Shown here in pieces: positions 12,314 to 21,165 of a DNA stretch of 64,000 nucleotides. The notes beneath the pieces are model-generated. The model worked only from the letters and a program-made list of their open reading frames with translations, was not told where the DNA came from and did no database searches. The stretch comes from an uncultured Bacillota bacterium. Its GTDB lineage: Bacteria; Bacillota_I; Bacilli_A; ML615J-28; CAG-313. The translations under genes were made by a program, and so were the position numbers. Location: NCBI GenBank assembly GCA_946611195.1, contig CAMODB010000001.1:33122-97121 (forward strand), read 5' to 3'. Positions within the stretch are counted from its first letter, which is position 1. Each line of letters opens with the position of its first letter.

Positions 12314-13057
12314 TTATGCTAATTCCGGATCCGGATCTTCTTGGGCAATCTGAATCATCGTCAGCATTATAAAGATCAATGTTTGAATAACTCCTGAAAA
12401 GACATCAAAATAAGCATGAAGAACAGGAGTAATTAATGGTGGTAAAATAATTGATGCAGCTCCACCAGGAATGAAAGAGCCAAAGATCATATTAGATAAA
12501 CCACCTAAAGCCCAATAAACAATCGCCATTAAAGTAAATCCTGATAACGCATTACCAAAAATACGTAAGGAAATACTAAGTAATGGTGCCCACATTGATA
12601 ATAAATTGATAGGTAACATTATTGGGGCTGGGTCAATATAACGTTTGAAATAGCGCCATTTATTTGCTCTAACTGCCGTCGCATGAATAAGTACAAAAGT
12701 ACATAGACCCATTGAAAAAGTATTACCAAGATTAGTCATCGGTCCTGGTAAACCCATTAAAGAAACAAAGAAACTAAGACCAATATAACTAGCTAGTCCT
12801 AAAACATAACCGCCAAAGCCTTTATATTTCTTTCCCATTAAATCATCAACCATACCATCAACTTTTTCGACAATTAAACACATTATCATCGCAAAGCCTT
12901 TTTCAGGTTTGGTTGGATCAAGATGTCTAAATACAAAATAAATAACAAAGGATAAAATAATGATTAATCCTATCACGAAATAGGACATAAGATTATCACC
13001 TGTAAAATACTTAAAATCGAATTTAAAGAAATTCTCAAAAGCACTACCGATTAACAT
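12314..13057 (-). CDS. atpB: Fo ATP synthase subunit a
   Basis: Polytopic membrane protein with the conserved SLSLRIFGNALSG (Arg-containing) motif. The exact start is uncertain. Confidence 0.9.
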   Translation of the reverse strand: MLIGSAFENFFKFDFKYFTGDNLMSYFVIGLIIILSFVIYFVFRHLDPTKPEKGFAMIMCLIVEKVDGMVDDLMGKKYKGFGGYVLGLASYIGLSFFVSLMGLPGPMTNLGNTFSMGLCTFVLIHATAVRANKWRYFKRYIDPAPIMLPINLLSMWAPLLSISLRIFGNALSGFTLMAIVYWALGGLSNMIFGSFIPGGAASIILPPLITPVLHAYFDVFSGVIQTLIFIMLTMIQIAQEDPDPELA

Positions 13058-13435
13058 TTAATTCTTAATGATCATCCAAGGTATTGCTACTACAAAATAA
13101 GGTATTGCGCCGATGATCACAAACAAATATCTTGTTTTTGTAATTACTTCACCCATAGTAAAGCGTACTAAAAGACAAGATAACACGAGGCCGACAATCA
13201 TACAACCATAACGTAGTAACATATACGTAACCATTACTCCTTTCCCACCTTCCGGAGTTATACTTTGATGTGTTTTAATTAATAATAAGAGATTAATAAA
13301 ACCAAAAACAGTACATATTAAAACACATAAAGGTAGAACCCATTCCTTAAAAAGTAAGGATAAAAAGCTTAATAAAACTAATCCTAAACAAATAAGTAAA
13401 TAAGTAAGGATTATTTTTTTCTTATTGAGTTCCAA
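13058..13435 (-). CDS. small membrane protein at head of atp operon (AtpI/AtpZ-like)
   Basis: 125 aa with 3-4 TM helices, immediately upstream of atpB. The call rests on position; I see no diagnostic motif. Confidence 0.5.
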   Translation of the reverse strand: MELNKKKIILTYLLICLGLVLLSFLSLLFKEWVLPLCVLICTVFGFINLLLLIKTHQSITPEGGKGVMVTYMLLRYGCMIVGLVLSCLLVRFTMGEVITKTRYLFVIIGAIPYFVVAIPWMIIKN

Positions 13436-13481
13436 ATTATACCTCCTTTAGATAAAATTATTTTTATTCCAACAATTATAT

Positions 13482-13489
13482 ATTATACA
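13482..13489 (-). promoter_or_regulatory. candidate extended -10 (TGnTATAAT) promoter of atp operon
   Basis: The minus strand reads GTGTATAAT (RC of 13482-13490) about 45 nt upstream of the atpI ATG. The -35 is weak (TTCCCG at 17 nt). Confidence 0.4.
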
Positions 13490-13493
13490 CCTT

Positions 13494-14432
13494 TTAATCA
13501 ATATCGGGAATATATAAGCATTTTCGATTTAAACTACTAATAGGAGCGGTTTGACCACCTTTTTTACCTTTAACAACTTCAGGCGTAATCGCCGCCATCT
13601 TTGAATCGGTTAAATCGATTAAATGAAGAGCATAAGCTTCCATCATACCTGGTTCTTTCGGACTACCAAATTCTAATTCACCATGGTGAGACGCAATTAA
13701 ATGTTCTAAAGCTTTTACTTCTTCACTATCACTGACATCTAATTCACTAGCTGCCACCGCAACCATTTGTAACCCTATTACAATATGACCTAGAAGATTA
13801 CCATCTTCAGTATAAGTAGGAGCTTTCGTTCCTGATAATTCTTTAGTTTTACCGATATCATGTAAAATTATACCTGCATATAATAAATTCTTATTCATAC
13901 CAGGATAAATATTAAGTAATGTATCGGCAAGTCTTAGCATTGAATAAGTATGATAAGCTAAACCATTAACAAAATTATGATGCATGCTGACAGCAGCTGG
14001 ATAAGTAAAATATTTATTTTTATTTTCTTTAATTAATTTACATACTAAATCATATAAGATTTTATTTTCGATTTTTTTAGTGTAATTAGCAATTCCTCTA
14101 ACTAAATCTTCTTCTGATAAAGGAGCGGTTTTAATGAATTCTTTAACATCTACTTCATCATCACTTATTTTACGAATGGCTTTAATTACATATTGTGGTT
14201 TACCATTAAATTCATTGATATGGCCTTCAAAATAATACACTTCTCCAGCTGTAACTTCATTATATTCTACTAAATTACAATTCCAAACACGACTATCGAC
14301 ACTTTGATCACCATCGCTTAAAGTTAGACTATAATAACTGGCATTACCTTGGGCAAATCTTTTTTGCATATTTTCCACTAAGGCATAGAATTTAACATCA
14401 TCATTAATATTAAAATCCTTAAATTTATTCAT
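13494..14432 (-). CDS. yhaM: 3'-5' exoribonuclease YhaM (OB-fold + HD domain)
   Basis: The N-terminal OB-fold region is followed by an HD domain (HxxH...ILHDIGK...HH), 312 aa. This architecture and length match YhaM/Cbf1. Confidence 0.8.
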   Translation of the reverse strand: MNKFKDFNINDDVKFYALVENMQKRFAQGNASYYSLTLSDGDQSVDSRVWNCNLVEYNEVTAGEVYYFEGHINEFNGKPQYVIKAIRKISDDEVDVKEFIKTAPLSEEDLVRGIANYTKKIENKILYDLVCKLIKENKNKYFTYPAAVSMHHNFVNGLAYHTYSMLRLADTLLNIYPGMNKNLLYAGIILHDIGKTKELSGTKAPTYTEDGNLLGHIVIGLQMVAVAASELDVSDSEEVKALEHLIASHHGELEFGSPKEPGMMEAYALHLIDLTDSKMAAITPEVVKGKKGGQTAPISSLNRKCLYIPDID

Positions 14433-15886
14433 TAAATTAATCTCCTTTCTTCTAAGATTTGATATTGACTAGTTTGTAATAAGAAATCATGAGCATGTTG
14501 TTCGGCTTCTTTTTTTAAATCATTTCTTTCCGCCGGACTAAGACTATATAATTCTTTTTCATCATTTAAATAAACTTTAATTAAGAAATCTAATTCTCGA
14601 TGATATTTTTCAAGTAGCTTTGTAACGGCATCTTCATCATCATCTCTAATCGGTTCTTTTTCTTCATAATTAAAGATTTCTTTCATTTCTTGATCAATTT
14701 TTAAAGCTTCTTCTCTTAAGACCTTCGGATAATTTTTAATTTCTTGATTAATAACTTTTTCTAAAAGTAAATTTTCCACAATGCGAATCTTAATATTTCT
14801 TTGACCATTAAATAATTTAATAAGTTCTAATTCCGAAATATTTAATTCTCTAATGGAATTAATAACCGCATTCTTTTTAAGTTTATGAATCAATTTAGCT
14901 TGACTCTTATAATCTTTTTTATAAGTAAGAGCTAATTTATCACAACTTAATAATTTATCAACCCCAATATTATAAACCATCATTGGTGTTACTTCACTAT
15001 GACTAATTAATTGGGTAATCGTAATTGTTTCCGTAATTTCTTCTAATTCTAATTTATTGATTAAATAGGCATCAGGAATTAAACCAATGATTAAATATAA
15101 TAAGCTATATCTTTCAATTTCATTTAATTTATCATAACTATTTAATAATTTAATAACAAAAGAATCAAAATCCGGAACAGCTTTAAATAGATGTTCTTTA
15201 TTAATTAATAATAAGGTTTCTTTCGCATATCTACCTTTTAAGATTTGTTTTAAATAAACAATGGAATCTTTTAATTCTATTTTATTTAAACCAGCTTGCA
15301 TCTTATACATTGCTTTTAAAGTCTTCTTTTCAATCATAAAACCATAATGTGCATGTAAGACTAGGGCTTCAAATATATTAGCTGGATTAATTTCAAAAAC
15401 AGATTTAGTTTTATCAATAGCTTTAATAATATGTTCATCGATACTTAAAATAGAATTAAAAATATCAATTATTTCATAATTAGGCGACAACGCCATTGCT
15501 TTAAGAGTAAAGATTTTTGATTGAAGCACTTGTATTAATTTTTTATTATAATGCTTATCTAAATTTTCATTTAAAGCAATTGGTAATTTAGGATCATCAA
15601 AGAAGATAAAAGAAAAACTACCTTCCGGATCATTATATATTACTTGTTCTTTCTTATTTTTAATAATCGAAGGAAAGATGGCAATTAATTCATTAAAATT
15701 AGCTTTTGTAACAATTTCAATTTCATCAATATCTTGACATAAATAAAAATTAGTAACCGCATTTGACACAATATAAGAATCATAACCACGATTAATTAAG
15801 ATTTTTAATATCTCAATACCACGTTTTAAATAATTTAAACCTTTAGCTTTACTGTCACTAAATTTCTTTAAATATACATTGTCCAT
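14432..15886 (-). CDS. divergent Pol-beta-superfamily nucleotidyltransferase, CCA-adding/poly(A)-polymerase head-like with a degenerate catalytic motif
   Basis: The N-terminal region aligns by eye with the CCA-enzyme head, but the catalytic motif is degenerate. Its stop TAA overlaps the yhaM ATG (TAATG), indicating translational coupling. The motif alignment is detailed in the findings. Confidence 0.5.
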   Translation of the reverse strand: MDNVYLKKFSDSKAKGLNYLKRGIEILKILINRGYDSYIVSNAVTNFYLCQDIDEIEIVTKANFNELIAIFPSIIKNKKEQVIYNDPEGSFSFIFFDDPKLPIALNENLDKHYNKKLIQVLQSKIFTLKAMALSPNYEIIDIFNSILSIDEHIIKAIDKTKSVFEINPANIFEALVLHAHYGFMIEKKTLKAMYKMQAGLNKIELKDSIVYLKQILKGRYAKETLLLINKEHLFKAVPDFDSFVIKLLNSYDKLNEIERYSLLYLIIGLIPDAYLINKLELEEITETITITQLISHSEVTPMMVYNIGVDKLLSCDKLALTYKKDYKSQAKLIHKLKKNAVINSIRELNISELELIKLFNGQRNIKIRIVENLLLEKVINQEIKNYPKVLREEALKIDQEMKEIFNYEEKEPIRDDDEDAVTKLLEKYHRELDFLIKVYLNDEKELYSLSPAERNDLKKEAEQHAHDFLLQTSQYQILEERRLI

Positions 15887-15953
15887 ATTTTTCCTCCCTT
15901 CTCTTTTTTATTATTTTGTAATAATTCAAAAAATATTAATGCTTTGTAATAAT

Positions 15954-15980
15954 TCAAAAAGCGTTACAGCTTTTTGAATT
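15954..15980 (-). terminator. probable ychF terminator
   Basis: TTCAAAAAGC and GCTTTTTGAA form a 10-bp inverted repeat around a 6-nt loop just downstream of the ychF stop. The U-tract lies partly inside the stem. Confidence 0.4.
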
Positions 15981-15985
15981 ATATA

Positions 15986-17083
15986 TTATATATTAAACCT
16001 AAATAACATTATATCGCCATCTTGAACGACATAATCTTTTCCTTCAAGTCTAACCTTACCTGCTTCTTTTACCTTTAATGGTGTTCCATATTCCATTAAA
16101 TCATCATAAGAATAAGTTTCTGCTTTGATAAATCCTTTTTCAAAATCAGTATGAATAATACCAGCACATTGAGGAGCTTTCATACCATTTTTAAAAGTCC
16201 AAGCCCGGCATTCTTTTTCCCCAGCTGTAAAGAAAGTACGTAAACCTAATAATTCATAACTTTCTCTAATAACTTTATCTAAGCCGCTTTCTTTAAGTCC
16301 CATTTCTTCTAAGAACATCATTCTTTCTTCATCATCAAGTTGAGATAATTCTTCTTCTATTTTTGCGGAAATAACGACTACTTTCGCATTATCGCCTTTA
16401 GCATATTCTTTTACTTTTTTAACATAATCATTATCTTGATTGATATCATCTTCTGATACATTACAAACATAAAGAACAGGTTTTAAAGTTAAGAATTGAT
16501 AATTCTTAATAAAGAATCTTTCTTCTTCACTTAAATCGACACTACGAGCTGGAAGACCTTTTTCAAAAGCTTCTTTTAATTTTTTTAAGATATCATATTC
16601 AAAACTAGCATCTTTATCTGTTTTAAGAATAGCTTTCTTTTCAATTTTGGGAATTCTATTTTCAACTACTTCTAAATCAGCTAAGACTAATTCTAAATTG
16701 ACAGTTTCAATATCCTCAATAGGATCGATATGACCAGATACATGAGTAATATTATCATCGTCGAAGCAACGTACGACATGACATATTGCGTCAACATTAC
16801 GAATATTACTTAAGAATTGGTTTCCTAAGCCTTCACCTTTGGAAGCTCCTTTAACTAGTCCCGCAATATCGGTAAAGGAAAATGATGTTTTAACAATACT
16901 TTTTGGATGAATAATATTACAAATATTATCTAATCTTTTATCATTTACTTCGACAACCCCCACATTAGGTTCAATTGTTGCGAAAGGGAAATTAGCCATG
17001 TAAGCTCCCGCTTTTGTTATCGCATTAAATAAAGTTGATTTACCAACATTAGGTAAGCCAACTATTCCTGCTGTTAAACTCAT
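15986..17083 (-). CDS. ychF: ribosome-binding ATPase YchF (Obg family)
   Basis: GIVGLPNVGKSTLFNAIT G1 motif, TGS domain at the C-terminus, 365 aa. Confidence 0.95.
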   Translation of the reverse strand: MSLTAGIVGLPNVGKSTLFNAITKAGAYMANFPFATIEPNVGVVEVNDKRLDNICNIIHPKSIVKTSFSFTDIAGLVKGASKGEGLGNQFLSNIRNVDAICHVVRCFDDDNITHVSGHIDPIEDIETVNLELVLADLEVVENRIPKIEKKAILKTDKDASFEYDILKKLKEAFEKGLPARSVDLSEEERFFIKNYQFLTLKPVLYVCNVSEDDINQDNDYVKKVKEYAKGDNAKVVVISAKIEEELSQLDDEERMMFLEEMGLKESGLDKVIRESYELLGLRTFFTAGEKECRAWTFKNGMKAPQCAGIIHTDFEKGFIKAETYSYDDLMEYGTPLKVKEAGKVRLEGKDYVVQDGDIMLFRFNI

Positions 17084-17097
17084 ATAAAAACTCCTAA

Positions 17098-17901
17098 TTA
17101 AACTAAATAAATTATAAATTGAATAGCTACAACCAATATTCTAAAGATAATAGATATTATTAAACTACGATTGGAATACATATAGAGACCTGAACATACC
17201 ATATTAAGAACAAGGGAAACAATGATGGTTTCAGGGGCCATCATCCACGCAAAATCTAGAACAGTACTAATTAAAGTAGTAATTAGCACAATCATTAAAT
17301 CCCCAAGCATTGTATGTTCATCTAAAACATCAATTAAAAGACGACGGAATAAGAATTCTTCTACTAAAATAACTAAAATAAGTGATAAGAGCACAAAAGA
17401 AACATTGGTGTTCTTGCCACTAAACCAACGAGCCGTACCAGAATGAAGATATGAAGTTATAAAATTTGGTAAGACTTTTGTAATTGAAGAAATCTTAGGT
17501 AAAAAGAATGTCATTACAAGGAAGATAACACTAATAGAAATTAAACCCAATAATTGTTTCCAATTACCATTCCAAAAAAAATCTTTTAAGGATTTATAAT
17601 TAACAATATATAAAACAGCTGTACAAATAATACTTGTTACTAGTAAAGAATTACTTTTATTAAAAACGGATTCTGTTGCGTCAGAAGTAAAAGTACCAAA
17701 GATAATTGTAAAAATACCTGAACCAATAAAGGCAATAATTAAGAATAAAATTAAGCCCATTTTTAGTCGATATACTGGTCCTCCTCCATAATCACCTGTC
17801 TGCATTGCTTTTTGAATTTCAATGCTGTGAGTACCACAATTCTTACAATATTCTTCTTGAGGTTCTAATACACGGTAACAATTTTTACATCTTATTTTCA
17901 T
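17098..17901 (-). CDS. CPBP/Abi-family (CAAX-protease-like) intramembrane protein with N-terminal zinc ribbon
   Basis: The N-terminus CKNCYRVLEPQEEYCKNCG is a CxxC...CxxC ribbon. There are multiple TM helices and the EEFLFRRLL motif (CPBP motif 1, EExxxR). Confidence 0.5.
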   Translation of the reverse strand: MKIRCKNCYRVLEPQEEYCKNCGTHSIEIQKAMQTGDYGGGPVYRLKMGLILFLIIAFIGSGIFTIIFGTFTSDATESVFNKSNSLLVTSIICTAVLYIVNYKSLKDFFWNGNWKQLLGLISISVIFLVMTFFLPKISSITKVLPNFITSYLHSGTARWFSGKNTNVSFVLLSLILVILVEEFLFRRLLIDVLDEHTMLGDLMIVLITTLISTVLDFAWMMAPETIIVSLVLNMVCSGLYMYSNRSLIISIIFRILVVAIQFIIYLV

Positions 17902-17951
17902 AATTTAACCTCTTTAGATATTATACCATATTTTTTTAAAAAAAGATATAA

Positions 17952-18731
17952 TTATAGATATTCTTTAAAAGCTTGTTTTATTAATGTAGTACTAATACCA
18001 AAGCCCATTCTTTCAATGTCTTTATTCTTATTTGTTACCATCCAATCATTAAGACCTATTAAAGAACCATCTAAATCAAAAATTCCCCCACCACTAGAAC
18101 CTACATTAATGGAAGCTGTATGTTGAAAATAATGATTTTCTACTTTAACTCCATTAATTTCTTCACTAAATGTGCGATCAGTATTACTGATATTACCGAC
18201 ACTAATTGTATTAAAATATTGTTTTGCGTCATACGGTGATGAAACACAAATAATATATGAACCATTATTTAATTCTTCACTTAAAGAACAAACATTAAAA
18301 TTGATATCGCTATTAAATTTAACTAAAGCTAAATCAATTGTATCATCACATTTAACAACTTCCGCCTTAAATTCTAGCCCTTCATAATAGATAATAATAT
18401 CATCACATAAGGTAGTTGTTTCATTATAAACAACATGTTTGTTAGTAACAACATAATAATCTTGTTTATCTTTTTTAATGATTACTCCACTACCACTACC
18501 AGTATTATTGATTAAACTACCACGATGTTTACAAAAAAGAGCTACACAACTAGTTTTAACTTTTTCACTAACTAAATTAATTAAATCATCAATCTTTTTA
18601 ATGTCTTTAATTTCTTGACTATCTTGATCATAATTAATTGTCTTATATTCAATATTTATATTATTTTTTTGAAAATTATTTAAAAACAAAATAAAAGTAA
18701 ATAAAACAATTATTAAGAGAAGTTTTTTCAT
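17952..18731 (-). CDS. secreted trypsin-like (S1 family) serine protease
   Basis: Signal peptide MKKLLLIIVLFTFILFL. Triad context: TNKHVV (His), DLALVKF (Asp), GSSGGGIFD (Ser, GxSGG). No PDZ domain. Confidence 0.7.
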   Translation of the reverse strand: MKKLLLIIVLFTFILFLNNFQKNNINIEYKTINYDQDSQEIKDIKKIDDLINLVSEKVKTSCVALFCKHRGSLINNTGSGSGVIIKKDKQDYYVVTNKHVVYNETTTLCDDIIIYYEGLEFKAEVVKCDDTIDLALVKFNSDINFNVCSLSEELNNGSYIICVSSPYDAKQYFNTISVGNISNTDRTFSEEINGVKVENHYFQHTASINVGSSGGGIFDLDGSLIGLNDWMVTNKNKDIERMGFGISTTLIKQAFKEYL

Positions 18732-19501
18732 ACTTTAAAAACCCGCCTAACATTATCAATAATATTCTTTTGAACTGTTGATACATCTATTTTTTTAATC
18801 TCGGCTATTTTTTCGACAATTAGAGGTAAATATTTAGGTCCATTTTCTTTTCCTCGATAAGGATGAGGAGTAAGATAAGGACTATCTGTTTCGGAAATTA
18901 AATATTGTAAATTCATTTTTTCAAATACTTCTACTGTTTTATGATTATTTTTAAAAGTTAAAGGACCATCAACACCAAAAATAAAATTCATTTTAACATA
19001 TTCTTTTGCAAGTTCATATGAACCAGTGTAGCAATGTAAGACTCCGCCAATACTCGCTGCATCATATTTTTTTAAAATATCAAAAGTTAATTGATCAGCA
19101 TCACGCGAATGGATAGATAAAGGTTTCTTAATTCTTTTAGCTATTTCAATTTGTCTAATAAAGGCTTCCGTTTGTTCTTCTTTAGTTGTATCTTGCCAAT
19201 GGAAATCAAAACCAATTTCGCCAATTGCTACAACACGATCATCAAGAGCATTTTTTTCTAACCATTGATATTCAAAATCGGAATAGCCACGAATATTACA
19301 AGGATGAAAGCCGATTACCGCATAAACATCTTCATATTGATGGGAAATCTTTAAAGCCAATTTACTACTTTCTAAATCCCAACCGACAACAAAAAACTTT
19401 TTAACATTATTTTCGCGTGCTTCTTTTAATACTTCATCTAATTTAGAATATAATGTTTGATCATTTAAATGGACATGTGTATCAATATAATAATTATCCA
19501 T
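18728..19501 (-). CDS. tatD: TatD-family metal-dependent DNase/hydrolase
   Basis: YIDTHVHLND N-terminus, conserved His/Glu/Asp pattern (GEIGFDFHW, HSRDA), 257 aa. Confidence 0.85.
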   Translation of the reverse strand: MDNYYIDTHVHLNDQTLYSKLDEVLKEARENNVKKFFVVGWDLESSKLALKISHQYEDVYAVIGFHPCNIRGYSDFEYQWLEKNALDDRVVAIGEIGFDFHWQDTTKEEQTEAFIRQIEIAKRIKKPLSIHSRDADQLTFDILKKYDAASIGGVLHCYTGSYELAKEYVKMNFIFGVDGPLTFKNNHKTVEVFEKMNLQYLISETDSPYLTPHPYRGKENGPKYLPLIVEKIAEIKKIDVSTVQKNIIDNVRRVFKV

Positions 19502-19590
19502 TTTCCACCTCTAAAAATATCTTTTTATTTATTAATATTATACTAAAAAGTCTGATTATTTTCAACCATCTTAATTCAATAATTAAAAAT

Positions 19591-19614
19591 AGAATGTCTT
19601 TTAAAAGACATTCT
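19591..19614. repeat. perfect palindromic hairpin A (AGAATGTCTTTT-AAAAGACATTCT), near-identical copy of the tuf terminator stem
   Basis: 24-nt perfect inverted repeat. It differs from hairpin B (19834-19858) only by a 1-nt loop difference. On the minus strand it is followed by ATTTTTAATT. Confidence 0.7.
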
Positions 19615-19699
19615 AAGATTCACAATAAGCTATATTAATTTTAATTTTAATATTCTTTATATCTTTCTTTCACTAATAAATTATTGATTAAATAATTAT

Positions 19700-19834
19700 G
19701 GAATAAAATCGGGGGGTGGATTTTTAAAAAAAGGAATAAAATCGGGGGGTAGTTTTTCGAAAAAAGGAATAAAATCGGGGGGTAGAATTTTGAAAAAAGG
19801 AATAAAATCGGGGGATGGACTTAAAACAAAAAAA
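19700..19834. repeat. 4 x 33-bp tandem direct repeats (GGAATAAAATCGGGGGGTrg-TTTTTnAAAAAAA)
   Basis: Units start at 19700, 19733, 19766 and 19799. They share a conserved GGAATAAAATCGGGGGG core with G6 tracts. Their 3' halves are variable A/T palindromes (TTTTTAAAAA, TTTTTCGAAAAA, TTTTGAAAA). Each unit contains a short AAAATC/GATTTT stem around the G-run. Confidence 0.85.
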
Positions 19835-19866
19835 GAATGTCTTTTGAAAAGACATTCTATTTTACT
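19834..19866 (-). terminator. tuf (str operon) rho-independent terminator, hairpin B
   Basis: On the minus strand AGAATGTCTTTTCAAAAGACATTCT is followed by TTTTTTTGTTTT, about 25 nt after the tuf stop. Confidence 0.85.
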
Positions 19867-19889
19867 CAAATTTTGTTTTTAGATAATTA

Positions 19890-21074
19890 TTAGTTATCTA
19901 ATTTAGTAACGTTACCAGCACCTACAGTACGGCCACCTTCACGAATAGAGAATCTTGTTCCTTCTTCTACAGCGATTGGGTGAATTAATTGTACTCTCAT
20001 TGTAGTATTGTCACCAGGCATAACCATTTCAGTACCAGCTGGAAGTGTAATAACACCAGTTACGTCAGTAGTACGGAAATAGAATTGAGGACGATAGTTA
20101 GAGAAGAATGCAGTATGACGTCCACCTTCTTCTTTTGTTAATACGTAAACTTGTGCATCAAATTCACTATGTGGAGTGATTGTCTTAGGTTTACATAAAA
20201 CTTGTCCACGAACAACGTCTTCACGGTTAAGACCACGAAGTAGAACACCGATGTTGTCACCAGCTTCAGCTTGATCAAGGATCTTTCTGAACATTTCTAC
20301 ACCAGTTACAACAGCTTTATTAGTATCTTTAATACCAACTAATTCAACTTCTTCACCAACTTTAATAGTACCTCTTTCTACTCTACCTGTAGCAACAGTA
20401 CCACGACCAGTAATTGTGAATACATCTTCTACTGGCATTAAGAATGGTTTATCAGTTTCACGAACTGGATCAGGAATATATTCATCAACTGTATCCATTA
20501 ATTTAATAATCTGCTTTTCAGCTTCAGGATCGCCTTCAAGAGCTTTAAGAGCAGAACCACGGATGATTGGAGTATTATCACCATCGAAATCATATTCGTT
20601 TAATAATTCACGAACTTCCATTTCAACTAATTCTAATAATTCTTCGTCATCAACCATATCGCATTTATTTAAGAATACAACGATTCTAGGAACACCAACT
20701 TGACGAGCAAGTAAGATATGTTCACGAGTTTGTGCCATAGGACCATCTGTAGCAGCGATAACTAGGATAGCACCATCCATTTGAGCAGCACCAGTAATCA
20801 TATTTTTAACATAGTCAGCATGTCCTGGACAGTCAACGTGTGCATAGTGTCTCTTAGCAGTTTCATATTCAACGTGTGCAGTATTGATAGTTATACCACG
20901 AGCTTTTTCTTCTGGAGCTCCGTCGATTTGGTCATAAGCCATTTTTTGAGCTAGACCTTGTTTTGCAAGTACAGTAGTAATTGCAGAAGTTAATGTAGTT
21001 TTACCATGGTCAACGTGGCCGATTGTACCAATGTTAACATGTGGTTTTGTACGTACAAATTTTTCCTTTGCCAT
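19890..21074 (-). CDS. tuf: elongation factor Tu
   Basis: [28 protein letters not shown]; 394 aa. Confidence 0.99.
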   Translation of the reverse strand: MAKEKFVRTKPHVNIGTIGHVDHGKTTLTSAITTVLAKQGLAQKMAYDQIDGAPEEKARGITINTAHVEYETAKRHYAHVDCPGHADYVKNMITGAAQMDGAILVIAATDGPMAQTREHILLARQVGVPRIVVFLNKCDMVDDEELLELVEMEVRELLNEYDFDGDNTPIIRGSALKALEGDPEAEKQIIKLMDTVDEYIPDPVRETDKPFLMPVEDVFTITGRGTVATGRVERGTIKVGEEVELVGIKDTNKAVVTGVEMFRKILDQAEAGDNIGVLLRGLNREDVVRGQVLCKPKTITPHSEFDAQVYVLTKEEGGRHTAFFSNYRPQFYFRTTDVTGVITLPAGTEMVMPGDNTTMRVQLIHPIAVEEGTRFSIREGGRTVGAGNVTKLDN

Positions 21075-21165
21075 TTTAATTAATTTCCTTTCAAATTTTT
21101 ATTGACAATAATATTTTATAATAAAACACTAACTTTTTCAAGTAAAAAGTATTGTTGTTTTATAT

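Noticed and set aside
19700-19834. Tandem 33-bp repeats considered as a CRISPR array
   Set aside because: The units are directly contiguous with no unique spacers, at 33 bp each and only 4 copies, with the variation inside the repeat itself. This is not CRISPR architecture.
21075-21165. Internal tuf promoter in the fusA-tuf spacer
   Set aside because: Only weak candidates exist on the minus strand (TTGAAA-15-TATAAA). The plus-strand TTGACA has no properly spaced -10 and no downstream plus-strand gene. Nothing here is confident enough to call.
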